Source: Ekhidna sp. (lineage in GTDB: Bacteria > Bacteroidota > Bacteroidia > Cytophagales > Cyclobacteriaceae). From it: a stretch of 64,000 nucleotides of DNA. Location of the stretch: positions 974 to 64,973 of the forward strand of contig NZ_JAVJTR010000001.1 of NCBI RefSeq assembly GCF_040220215.1, written 5' to 3'. The notes under the pieces were generated by a model that ran no database searches, was not told the DNA's origin, and saw only the letters and a program-made list of their open reading frames with translations. Positions 9,312-18,737 of the stretch are shown piece by piece (positions within the stretch are counted from its first letter, which is position 1; each line of letters opens with the position of its first letter). A program made the position numbers and the translations under genes.

Positions 9312-10198
9312 TACCCTTGAGCTAGCGCCTCGGCACCACCAACAATCTCGAGAATCTCTTTGGTAATAGCTGCCTGACGAGTTCGGTTGTAAGTCAATCG
9401 AAGCTCCTTCAAAAGATCATCCGCATTCTCAGTTGCTTTATCCATGGCTGTCATTCTAGCTCCATGCTCTGAAGCATTGGACTCCAGCAAAGTCTTGTAG
9501 AACTGAATCTTTAGAGACTTAGGTACAAGCTCATCGAAAATAAATTCTTTAGACGGCTCATAGATATAATCGATTTCTCTAAGATCATCTATCTCTTCCG
9601 TTTCAATTTCCTGAATCGGAAGAAACTGCTCTTTCTTAATAATCTGAGTCGCTACGTTTTTGAATTCATTGTAAACAATATCCACACGATCATACTTCCC
9701 ATCCAGGTAGGCTGCCATCACCATCTCAGCAGCCTCTTTTGCATCTGCAAAGTTCAGCTTCTCAATCAGGTGAGAGTAGGTCTTGATTACATTGTATTTT
9801 CTCTTAGCAAAATGCTCAAAGGCCTTCTTACCAATTGGCAAAATTTCCAAATTCCCGCTTGTCTCTGCATGACTGTATTTTTCAGCAATTAATGCTTTTG
9901 TAGCCTTGAAAACGCTACTATTGAACGCACCGCACAAACCTCTGTCAGAAGAAACCACAACGATCAATACTCGCTCAATAGCTCGCTCTTCAGAAAATGG
10001 ATTGTCACCAGCATCCGTACCACCAGCAGAAACATTCTGAATAATCTCAGAAAGCTTTTGGGAATATGGCCTCATTTGAATGATACGATCCTGCGCTCGT
10101 CGCAACTTTGCAGCTGCCACCATTTTCATGGCTTTAGTGATCTGCTGTGTCGAAACAACCGACTGAATCCTACCTTTTACTTCTTTAAGATTGGCCAT
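9311..10198 (-). CDS. atpG: F1 ATP synthase gamma subunit
   Basis: QITKAMKMVAAAKLRR, SDRGLCG, RMTAMDKAT, NRTRQAAITKE. Confidence 0.99.
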   Translation of the reverse strand: MANLKEVKGRIQSVVSTQQITKAMKMVAAAKLRRAQDRIIQMRPYSQKLSEIIQNVSAGGTDAGDNPFSEERAIERVLIVVVSSDRGLCGAFNSSVFKATKALIAEKYSHAETSGNLEILPIGKKAFEHFAKRKYNVIKTYSHLIEKLNFADAKEAAEMVMAAYLDGKYDRVDIVYNEFKNVATQIIKKEQFLPIQEIETEEIDDLREIDYIYEPSKEFIFDELVPKSLKIQFYKTLLESNASEHGARMTAMDKATENADDLLKELRLTYNRTRQAAITKEILEIVGGAEALAQG

Positions 10199-10206
10199 CT
10201 ATCTCC

Positions 10207-11787
10207 TTATTTTTTATATCTGGAAGCAATGTCTTTAGCGATCTCTTCTGTTTTAGCAACAGCCTCTTCGCTTAGTTTACCAGCTTTAAAGTCTGCCAAA
10301 GCATTCTTACCAGTAGTTCTCATTGCGTTAATAAATTCAGTTTGGAATTCCTTCGCTTTGTTCACAGGAACAGGATCCAAAAATCCTTTCGTAGAAGCAT
10401 AAATTATTGCTACCTGCTCTTCAACCGGAACCGGAGAGAACTGTGGCTGCTTCAAGATTTCCTGGTTTTTTCTACCTCTGTCAATGGTTCGCTGAGTAGC
10501 AGCATCAAGGTCAGAACCAAACTTAGCAAATGCTTCAAGTTCACGGAACTGTGCCTGATCCAACTTCAACGTACCGGCAACTTTCTTCATGGATTTAATC
10601 TGAGCGTTACCACCTACTCGAGATACCGAGATACCAACGTTAATCGCAGGACGAATACCTGAGTTAAACAAGTTTGTCTCAAGGAAGATCTGACCATCTG
10701 TAATCGAGATTACGTTGGTAGGAATATATGCTGAAACGTCACCTGCTTGTGTTTCAATAATCGGAAGAGCTGTCAATGATCCACCACCTTTAACTTTTCC
10801 CTTCAAAGAAGGAGGAAGGTCATTCATTTGCTGCGCGATAGAATCGTCATTAATCACTTTCGCCGCACGCTCTAATAGTCTTGAGTGAAGGTAGAATACA
10901 TCACCAGGGTATGCTTCACGTCCCGGAGGTCTTCTTAGTAGAAGAGAAACCTCACGGTAAGAAACAGCCTGCTTGGAAAGGTCATCATAAACAACTAAAG
11001 CAGGTCGTCCGGTATCTCTAAAGTACTCACCAATCGCTGCACCTGTCATAGGAGCATAGAATTGCATTGGAGCAGGATCAGAGGCAGAAGCATTAACTAT
11101 TACCGTGTAAGCCATTGCGCCAGCTTTCTCAAGCTGAGCAACGATACCTGCTACCGTAGAAGCTTTCTGCCCGATTGCCACATAAATGCAGAATACCGGC
11201 TCTCCTTTGTCGTAAAATTCTTTTTGGTTAATGATCGTATCAATTACCACAGCAGTCTTACCTGTCTGACGGTCACCAATCACCAACTCTCGCTGACCTC
11301 TTCCCACAGGGATCATTGAGTCAATCGCAGTAATACCTGTTTGAAGCGGCTCACTTACCGGCTCTCTGAAGATTACTCCAGGGGCTTTTCTTTCAAGCGG
11401 CATTTCGAAAGTTTCACCTGAAATTGGTCCCTTTCCATCGATGGGCATACCCAAAGTATCCACCACTCGACCGCACATGCCATCACCAACCTTGATCGAA
11501 GCAATCTTACCAGTTCTTTTTACGGTATCTCCTTCGTTGATCCCACTTGACTTTCCAAGAAGCACTGCTCCTACGTTATCTTCCTCAAGGTTAAGTACAA
11601 GGGCATTTAAGCCATTTTCAAATTCTAGAAGTTCTCCAGCTTGAGCATTGGATAATCCGTAGATTCTGGCTACACCATCACCTACTTGTAGTACGGTACC
11701 TACTTCTTCAAGCTCAGCCTGGGTCTTATGACCAGAAAGCTGTTCTCTTAAAATTGCTGAAACCTCATCAGGTCTTACTTGTGCCAT
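10207..11787 (-). CDS. atpA: F1 ATP synthase alpha subunit
   Basis: GDRQTGKT Walker [26 protein letters not shown]. Confidence 0.99.
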   Translation of the reverse strand: MAQVRPDEVSAILREQLSGHKTQAELEEVGTVLQVGDGVARIYGLSNAQAGELLEFENGLNALVLNLEEDNVGAVLLGKSSGINEGDTVKRTGKIASIKVGDGMCGRVVDTLGMPIDGKGPISGETFEMPLERKAPGVIFREPVSEPLQTGITAIDSMIPVGRGQRELVIGDRQTGKTAVVIDTIINQKEFYDKGEPVFCIYVAIGQKASTVAGIVAQLEKAGAMAYTVIVNASASDPAPMQFYAPMTGAAIGEYFRDTGRPALVVYDDLSKQAVSYREVSLLLRRPPGREAYPGDVFYLHSRLLERAAKVINDDSIAQQMNDLPPSLKGKVKGGGSLTALPIIETQAGDVSAYIPTNVISITDGQIFLETNLFNSGIRPAINVGISVSRVGGNAQIKSMKKVAGTLKLDQAQFRELEAFAKFGSDLDAATQRTIDRGRKNQEILKQPQFSPVPVEEQVAIIYASTKGFLDPVPVNKAKEFQTEFINAMRTTGKNALADFKAGKLSEEAVAKTEEIAKDIASRYKK

Positions 11788-11802
11788 AATTTTATTTGTT
11801 TA

Positions 11803-11816
11803 TCCCGCAGGCGGGA
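11803..11816. repeat. Short GC-rich palindrome between atpH and atpA
   Basis: TCCCGC-AG-GCGGGA in an otherwise AT-rich 39-nt spacer. Confidence 0.5.
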
Positions 11817-11826
11817 CTGTAGTTAT

Positions 11827-12366
11827 TTATTTTTTCGAAAATTTCAGTTTTATATCTTTCAGTTGTCCACTTACACTATCGTCAAGCTGACGATCGCCCA
11901 TTTTAAGGATGTAACCTCCCACAATCTCAGGATCTACTTTTTCTTTCAAAAGTGGTTCTTTACCAGAAATTTCTTTTGCCAACTTCTCAAATGCCTTTCT
12001 CATATCCGCATCCAGCTCAATGCTGGTGGTTACAGATACTTCCTCAAGTCCTTTCTTCACATTATATAAATGAAGGAATTCTTCAGCGATTTTATCAAGT
12101 AAACTTTCTCTGTTCTTACGAGTAACAATATCGAAGGCCTGTAGAGTTAGTTCGTTTACTTTTCCTGTAAAGATTTTTTTGAGAATCTCAGCCTTCTTCA
12201 GGTGTGAAATAATTGGACTCTTTAGCATCAATGCGAAATCCTTGTTCTCCTCGCAAACAGCAAGAAAAACATCCATGTCTTCCTTGACATTATCAAGGAT
12301 CTTTTTCTCTTCTGCCAATTCTAAGATTGGTGTTGCATAACGAACCGCTATTCTGCCTGCAGACAT
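11827..12366 (-). CDS. atpH: ATP synthase delta subunit
   Basis: RIAVRYA, LKSPII, VDPEIVGG, QLDDSV. Confidence 0.96.
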   Translation of the reverse strand: MSAGRIAVRYATPILELAEEKKILDNVKEDMDVFLAVCEENKDFALMLKSPIISHLKKAEILKKIFTGKVNELTLQAFDIVTRKNRESLLDKIAEEFLHLYNVKKGLEEVSVTTSIELDADMRKAFEKLAKEISGKEPLLKEKVDPEIVGGYILKMGDRQLDDSVSGQLKDIKLKFSKK

Positions 12367-12368
12367 TC

Positions 12369-12863
12369 TTAATTAACTTTTACGTCCTTGATAAATTTAT
12401 CAACCAATGCTTTTTGGGACTTATCATCAGAAAGCTTTTCCCGAAGCACTTTTTCTGCGATTTCCAGTGATAATGAAGCCACTAAATTTTTAACTTCTGT
12501 TAATGCAGCTTTCTTCTCAACCTCAATGGCTTCTCTCGCTTCTTGAATCATCTTTGATGTAATGTCAGAAGTTTCTGATTTAGCCTGCTCCACGATACGA
12601 GTAGCTTCATCTCGTGCTTCTTTCAAAATGGCATCTCGCTCAATTCGTGCTTCCTGAAGTAGGTATTCATTATCGGCCTTGATTTGCTTCATCTCTTCCT
12701 GCGCATGCTCTGCAGCCCGAAGAGAATCTTCTATTTGAAATTCACGCGTTTTCAGGGCGCCTAAAATGGGTTTCCAAACGAATGCTCGAAGGATGATCAA
12801 TACGATCAGGAATACGATCAATTGCCAAATGATCAGTCCAATGTCGGGGGTAACTAGTTCCAC
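12369..12863 (-). CDS. atpF: Fo ATP synthase b subunit
   Basis: N-terminal TM (GLIIWQ), WKPILGALKTRE, long coiled coil. Confidence 0.96.
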   Translation of the reverse strand: MELVTPDIGLIIWQLIVFLIVLIILRAFVWKPILGALKTREFQIEDSLRAAEHAQEEMKQIKADNEYLLQEARIERDAILKEARDEATRIVEQAKSETSDITSKMIQEAREAIEVEKKAALTEVKNLVASLSLEIAEKVLREKLSDDKSQKALVDKFIKDVKVN

Positions 12864-12948
12864 GATATATATTTTTAAAAGTAAATGTCTTTAATAAAAA
12901 CCTGGCCATGCCACCTAATGTGGTCATAGCCAAGTCTTTTCGGAAATC

Positions 12949-13173
<225 letters not shown>

Positions 13174-13190
13174 TTAAAAATTGGTTTTAA

Positions 13191-14240
13191 TTAATGGTGC
13201 TCCTCTACCGCCTGACCGAAGTACATGGCAGAAAGAAGCGTAAATACGTAAGCCTGCAAAACAGCCACAAAAAGTTCAAGCATATTCATGATGGTGGCAA
13301 ACACTGCTCCCGCCATACCTACTGCCAAACTTTGAGTAATGAATACAAGACTTAGAATACTTAATATCAAAATGTGACCTGCTGTGATGTTGGCAAACAA
13401 TCGAACCATTAGTGAAAATGGTTTAGTGAAAATACCAATGATCTCAACCGGCCATAGAATTATATACAATAGTAATTTGCCTGCCCATGGCATGGATTTT
13501 CCTAATGGGTCCACAATGTGTAACCAGTAGGTTTGTCTGCCTGAGAAGAGGGTGAACAATAACGTCAACCCGGCCAAAACAAGTGTTACTGAAATATTTC
13601 CGGTAAGGTTAGCTGCTCCTGGCAAAAGGCCAAGCATGTTACCAAACCAGATGAAGAAAAACACAGTAAGTAGGAAAGGCATAAATCTTTCGTACTTCTT
13701 CCCGATGTTGTCTTTGGCAATATCATCTCTTATGAAAATGATGATCGGCTCAAAGAATGATTGGATTCCTTTTGGAGCTCTTCCTTCATTCTTTTTATAT
13801 CCTCTTGCTACTGCTGTAAAGATCAAGATTAACAGGGCAGCATCGATTAACAAGAACAAGACGTTTTTCGTAAGGGAAATATCAAACACATGTCCGCCAT
13901 TTTCCAGGGTTATGTGTTCGTGATCCATCACATATCCGTTGTAAGGTTTCATCTCGCCATGCTCACCATAAAAGTTAGCAGACGAAAATACATCCAACCC
14001 TTTTTCTTCAGAATAAACGATCACCGGAAGGTGCACCATCATCCCGTGAAAAATTTCCCATGCATGAGAGTCAGAAATGTGATGATCAATCAAACCACTT
14101 GGATTAAAAGTCTCACCTTCACCGTCCTTTTCTGAACCACCACCAGCGAATAAAAGACCTGGCATAATCAACATAATAATTATGAAAAACCTGTTGATTT
14201 TCAGAAAGTTAGATTGCTTCGACATTGAGCCTATTTTCAT
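13191..14240 (-). CDS. atpB: Fo ATP synthase a subunit
   Basis: Bacteroidota N-terminal His-rich extension, SLMVRLFANITAGH, LQAYVF; alternative start at 14225. Confidence 0.97.
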   Translation of the reverse strand: MKIGSMSKQSNFLKINRFFIIIMLIMPGLLFAGGGSEKDGEGETFNPSGLIDHHISDSHAWEIFHGMMVHLPVIVYSEEKGLDVFSSANFYGEHGEMKPYNGYVMDHEHITLENGGHVFDISLTKNVLFLLIDAALLILIFTAVARGYKKNEGRAPKGIQSFFEPIIIFIRDDIAKDNIGKKYERFMPFLLTVFFFIWFGNMLGLLPGAANLTGNISVTLVLAGLTLLFTLFSGRQTYWLHIVDPLGKSMPWAGKLLLYIILWPVEIIGIFTKPFSLMVRLFANITAGHILILSILSLVFITQSLAVGMAGAVFATIMNMLELFVAVLQAYVFTLLSAMYFGQAVEEHH

Positions 14241-14258
14241 CGGATATTCGTTCGTTCC

Positions 14259-14606
14259 TCAATTTCGGCGCAAGTTAGTCAAAGCCATAACTATTTCAAA
14301 GATCATGAATATCAAATAGAGGATAATAAACTGAATTACAAGATTAAATTGATCCGACTGTGTGAACATCAAGACAGTGATGAACACCAATGAAGAAAGT
14401 AATCGGATTACTATTTTAACCAGGGACATCTGAGTGGACCATTCCTTGGGTGTCCAGTGATCTATTCGAAAAAGAACAAAACCTTGAATGGCAAAGAATA
14501 AAACCATAAGGTTGAAGGTGGAGTGTAAGTTTAATTCCACTCCAAAAAAGTACTCAGCCAGCAATAATATTCCTGTTATGAAAATGAGTGATATCCACTT
14601 TTTCAT
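14259..14606 (-). CDS. AtpI-like 4-TM membrane protein
   Basis: Hydrophobic 115 aa protein immediately upstream of atpB. Confidence 0.65.
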   Translation of the reverse strand: MKKWISLIFITGILLLAEYFFGVELNLHSTFNLMVLFFAIQGFVLFRIDHWTPKEWSTQMSLVKIVIRLLSSLVFITVLMFTQSDQFNLVIQFIILYLIFMIFEIVMALTNLRRN

Positions 14607-14842
14607 TTCAAAGATTTTAATAAAAGCCAGATCGTGCCACCCATGGCAAGAAAAGTTGTGATGAGAATTATTACAGGACTTGATGACAAATAGTCATCGA
14701 GGTAGTATCCCCCCATTATTAAGATAAGGTTCATAATGACAAGCTCAAATGCTAATGCATAATGCCGCATAAACGGCTTGTCTTGATTTTCCTCCGGTTC
14801 AGGCTTTGAGGGCCTGGGGTTGTTCTTCTTCGGGCTTTCCAA
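14603..14842 (-). CDS. AtpZ/AtpI-family protein
   Basis: Two TMs with GGYYLDDYL motif; position at the head of the atp operon. Confidence 0.8.
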   Translation of the reverse strand: MESPKKNNPRPSKPEPEENQDKPFMRHYALAFELVIMNLILIMGGYYLDDYLSSSPVIILITTFLAMGGTIWLLLKSLK

Positions 14843-15212
14843 TTTTTATCTCCTTACTCTTTACGCCCATTTTACATTTCCCGTTGAAGGTAGCTCCTGA
14901 TTCCACCAAAAGTTTATTGGTGATGATATCTCCATCAATAGTTGCCGTTGCTTTTAGCACAAGTTGTTCAGTCACTTCAATAGTGCCTGTAATGTGTCCG
15001 GCAACTTCAGCATTTTGTGAAAGTACACTACCATCTACCTGAGAAGAGTGCCCAAATGCTGCTTTGGATTTGGTTTTGATATCTCCAATTACTTTTCCCT
15101 CTACACGAATATTTCCAAAAGTCTCAATGCTTCCGTTTACAATCGTGCCTTTCCCAATTATATTACTAGAGTTGCTTAACTCTTCTACTTCTTTTTGATT
15201 CTTATTCAACAT
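14799..15212 (-). CDS. Bactofilin (polymer-forming cytoskeletal protein)
   Basis: NIIGKGTIVNG, IRVEGKVIGDI, LLVESGATFNGKCKM. Confidence 0.93.
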   Translation of the reverse strand: MLNKNQKEVEELSNSSNIIGKGTIVNGSIETFGNIRVEGKVIGDIKTKSKAAFGHSSQVDGSVLSQNAEVAGHITGTIEVTEQLVLKATATIDGDIITNKLLVESGATFNGKCKMGVKSKEIKIGKPEEEQPQALKA

Positions 15213-15221
15213 AGCCTGATT

Positions 15222-16088
15222 TTAAAGTGCAATATACTCTTGAGGATTTACAGGGTTACCATTGTGCCACAATTCCAAATGTAAATGAGGCCCGGATGTT
15301 AGTTCACCTGTATTTCCAATTGTGGCTACAACTTCTCCAGCCGCCACAAAATTACCAACGTTTTTAAATAATTCCGAATTGTGCTTATAAACAGAAATTA
15401 AATTGCCCGGATGTTGTATTGCTAAAATGTAGCCACCATCCAATGTCCAGGAAGACATTATCACCACGCCATCAGCTACAGACCTGACCGGTTCATTCTC
15501 CTGAGCAACCATATCTACGCCGTAATGATCCTCCTTGGGGTTGAACCCATCAGTAATAATGCCATCCAATGGGCTAAACAAGTAAACATCGCGTAGGTCA
15601 TACACATTGGAAGAAACAGCAATGGGTAATGTGGTGATTTCAGCCAGCTCTGAACCCTCAAATTCTGCTCTAAATTGAGAATCTACTGGTTGAATGCTTT
15701 CACTTAGCTCTGCCGGCTGTAGATCAGATTCAGGACTTACCTCCATGGATTGGTCGATTGGCTCTCCTGCAATAATGCGTCGCACATTTTCAATGTAAAC
15801 GTTTTTATTGTTTACCTCCTGCTCCAGGGAGTCAATCGTCATGGAAAGCTCCAAAACTTGTCTGTTGGCCTCCATTTGAGCATGTCTGGGGTCTAACCAT
15901 TGCTCCAGAGCAATCGTGACCAGATAAACAGCCAATGACAATAAAATCAAGCCAACACCCGCCAATAGAAGAAACAATCGTGCATAATTGAAACTAAATG
16001 TGGTCTTTTCCGCAAAATTTTCTTCATTGCGGATAATGAGTAGGTATTTGTTCGTTAGCCAGTTACTAAATGTCTTTCTTGCAGCCAT
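15222..16088 (-). CDS. M23 family peptidase
   Basis: HYGVD, YKHN and HLHLE zinc motifs, N-terminal TM plus coiled coil. Start refined to ATG 16088 because the -7 box lies inside the longer ORF. Confidence 0.93.
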   Translation of the reverse strand: MAARKTFSNWLTNKYLLIIRNEENFAEKTTFSFNYARLFLLLAGVGLILLSLAVYLVTIALEQWLDPRHAQMEANRQVLELSMTIDSLEQEVNNKNVYIENVRRIIAGEPIDQSMEVSPESDLQPAELSESIQPVDSQFRAEFEGSELAEITTLPIAVSSNVYDLRDVYLFSPLDGIITDGFNPKEDHYGVDMVAQENEPVRSVADGVVIMSSWTLDGGYILAIQHPGNLISVYKHNSELFKNVGNFVAAGEVVATIGNTGELTSGPHLHLELWHNGNPVNPQEYIAL

Positions 16089-16107
16089 AGATTGCAATTT
16101 AAGCCGA

Positions 16108-16115
16108 CAAAGGTA
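16108..16115 (-). promoter_or_regulatory. Sigma-A -7 box for the M23-bactofilin-atp transcript
   Basis: TACCTTTG on the minus strand, 19 nt before ATG 16088. Confidence 0.55.
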
Positions 16116-16190
16116 TGCAAACACCCCTTGTTTATCTTTACACCAATTTTAATTTGAGATCGTTGTTTATAGAGTCTGTCTAAACATATT

Positions 16191-18737
16191 TTGAAAAAAG
16201 TTATCTCCATTTATCTCATTGCGCTAATTGCTGGTTGTTCACCGTACAAAAACAACCCTTTGAGCAATTCATATCACGATCTAACCGCCCACTTCAATGC
16301 GTATTTCATTGCGAATGAGCGAATAAATGAAATTGAGAAGTCCATCTTTGAAAGCCAGGGATGGAACTACAATAAGGTACTACCAATATTCGCGCAGTTT
16401 GACTCCACTAAATCAGCGTCATTAAAAACACAGATAGAAGACTGCATTCAAAAAGCTTCTATTGCAATCCAAAGACACCCAAATAGTAAATGGGAAGATG
16501 ACAGCTATATACTTGTTGGCAAGGCGCGATATTATGCCATGGAGTTTCCAGATGCGATAGAAACTTTCAAGTACGTAAATACACACAGTGAAGACGATAA
16601 TGCCAGACACCATGCATTAGCAGAACTTATAAAGAGTTTTACTGAGTTTGGAGAATTTAAAAATGCAGTAGCAGTCACTGACTATCTGGCTAAAGAAGAT
16701 TTGAATAAGCAAAATCAAAAACGGTATCATCTAAATACAGCATATCTCTATCAGCAAAAAGGGGATCAAAGCAAAATGGTGGGGAGTCTTGTAAAAGCAG
16801 AAGAACTTTTAAATTCTTCAGATAAGGCCCGCATCAATTTCATCATTGGACAAACCTATCATGAGCTTGGTTTTGAAAGTGAGGCATTCCGATACTATAA
16901 TAATGTCTTGAAAAACAACCCAAGCTATGAACTGGAATTTTATGCCAAACTATACATGGCTCAGGTAACGGAATTAGCAGAGGAAAGTGACCTTAAAAAA
17001 ATACAGAAGTACTTTAGAAACCTCCTGAGAGATCCTAAGAATAGGGAATACAGAGATAAAATTTACTATGAACTTGCAGGATTTGAGCTAAAAAATGGCA
17101 ATGTGCAAGAGGCGATTGATAATTATAAACAATCAGTAAAGTTTAGTGAAAGCAACAACCGTCAAAAAGCTTATTCTTATTTGAGCCTGGGCGAAATCTA
17201 TTATGATACTTTAAAGAATTTCGTACTGGCAAAAAACTACTACGACAGCACGGTGAGTACCATGCCGAAAGACGAGGAGAACTTTGCAGCCATACAGGAG
17301 CGTCAGGAAATTTTGGTTGATTTTGTAAAACAAATAGTAACTATTCAAACAAATGATAGCCTTTTGCATCTTGCTACCCTTTCCGAGGATTCGTTGATTA
17401 CCATGTTTGCTTCAAAAATTGAAAAAGAGAGAGAAGTAGAAAAAGAGAAAAAGAAGAAAGAAAAACAGCAAGCGATCAATCGGGCTAGAAACATTACCCA
17501 AAACAGTGGCGAAAACTTGATCACTACAGCATCTACAGGATCAACCTGGTACTTTAACAACTCAAATGCACTCAGCAAAGGAAGAAGCGATTTTATAAGA
17601 AAATGGGGTGACCGTGCGCTGGAAGATGATTGGAGAAGGAAAAACAAATCTGCCATCAACACGCCTATCGAAGAGACTCTTGTGTCCAATGACGTCTCTG
17701 AGGCTAGTGGAGAGGATGAGCCTCAAGAATCTGTAGAAGATGAAGCGCGCAAAATGCTGGCAGCCATCCCCACCACGGAGGAGCAGAAAGAAGCATTGTT
17801 ATCTGAAATTGAAGTCGCTCTATATAGTCTGGGCAATATCTATAATCTGAGGCTTGAGGAAGACAGAAACGCTGCTGTGTCCTTTGAGTCTTTACTGGAT
17901 AGGTTTCCTGAAACGGAATATGAGGCAGAGGTTCTCTATCAACTTTACCTCCTTTACAAAGAAATTGACCCTGATAAGTCCGTTCTTCGTGGCAATCAGT
18001 TGAAGAAAAAATATCCAGAGACCATTTATGCTAAATTAGTTGACAATCCGAACTATCGCGAGGAGAGCTTTGCTATTAGTGAACAACTAAAAAAATTGTA
18101 CAGAAAGCTTTATAATAAATATAAGTCGAGCATTTATGATGAAGTTTTAATGGGAGCTGACAGTGCTCTAAACCTTCATCCCGAAAATGAATTTAGCGAT
18201 AACATCGCCTTACTTCGAGTCCTTGCTGTGGGACAAACGGAAGAAGATCATAAGTATCAATTTGAGTTAGGTGAGTTTATTAAGAGCTATCCTGATAGCG
18301 AGCTGAATGAGTATGCCAAATCACTATTGGTGGCGTCAGAAAATTTTCAACAAAAGAGGTACAACAGTGCCAAAGCGAGATTCATAGAGGACTTCAATCA
18401 AAAGCATTTATTTGTTATTGTTTACGACATTAAATCTGATATGTCTGATAAGGTTCCGGTCTTAGTGGATGATTTTCTGAAAAAGAAAAATTTTGCCAAT
18501 CTAAAAACCGGTAGTTTGATATTAAGTGATGAAAAATCAATGCTCATCGTCAACATTTTTCCCGGTAAGGGCACTGCCACCAATTTTATGGGTTCCTTTA
18601 TGCAGGAAACAGACATGAAAAACATATTTAAGGGACAAAAATTTGACGTATTTACCATTACCGAGGATAACTTTGATATTTTCTATCGAACTAAAGACAT
18701 TTCTGCTTACCTGACATTTTTTGAAAAGCATTATTGA
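16191..18737 (+). CDS. sprE: T9SS TPR lipoprotein PorW/SprE
   Basis: Lipobox LIAGC, YHDLTAHFNAYF, TPR repeats, WYFNN...WGDRALEDDWRR; usual synteny with M23/bactofilin. Confidence 0.8.
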   Translation: MKKVISIYLIALIAGCSPYKNNPLSNSYHDLTAHFNAYFIANERINEIEKSIFESQGWNYNKVLPIFAQFDSTKSASLKTQIEDCIQKASIAIQRHPNSKWEDDSYILVGKARYYAMEFPDAIETFKYVNTHSEDDNARHHALAELIKSFTEFGEFKNAVAVTDYLAKEDLNKQNQKRYHLNTAYLYQQKGDQSKMVGSLVKAEELLNSSDKARINFIIGQTYHELGFESEAFRYYNNVLKNNPSYELEFYAKLYMAQVTELAEESDLKKIQKYFRNLLRDPKNREYRDKIYYELAGFELKNGNVQEAIDNYKQSVKFSESNNRQKAYSYLSLGEIYYDTLKNFVLAKNYYDSTVSTMPKDEENFAAIQERQEILVDFVKQIVTIQTNDSLLHLATLSEDSLITMFASKIEKEREVEKEKKKKEKQQAINRARNITQNSGENLITTASTGSTWYFNNSNALSKGRSDFIRKWGDRALEDDWRRKNKSAINTPIEETLVSNDVSEASGEDEPQESVEDEARKMLAAIPTTEEQKEALLSEIEVALYSLGNIYNLRLEEDRNAAVSFESLLDRFPETEYEAEVLYQLYLLYKEIDPDKSVLRGNQLKKKYPETIYAKLVDNPNYREESFAISEQLKKLYRKLYNKYKSSIYDEVLMGADSALNLHPENEFSDNIALLRVLAVGQTEEDHKYQFELGEFIKSYPDSELNEYAKSLLVASENFQQKRYNSAKARFIEDFNQKHLFVIVYDIKSDMSDKVPVLVDDFLKKKNFANLKTGSLILSDEKSMLIVNIFPGKGTATNFMGSFMQETDMKNIFKGQKFDVFTITEDNFDIFYRTKDISAYLTFFEKHY

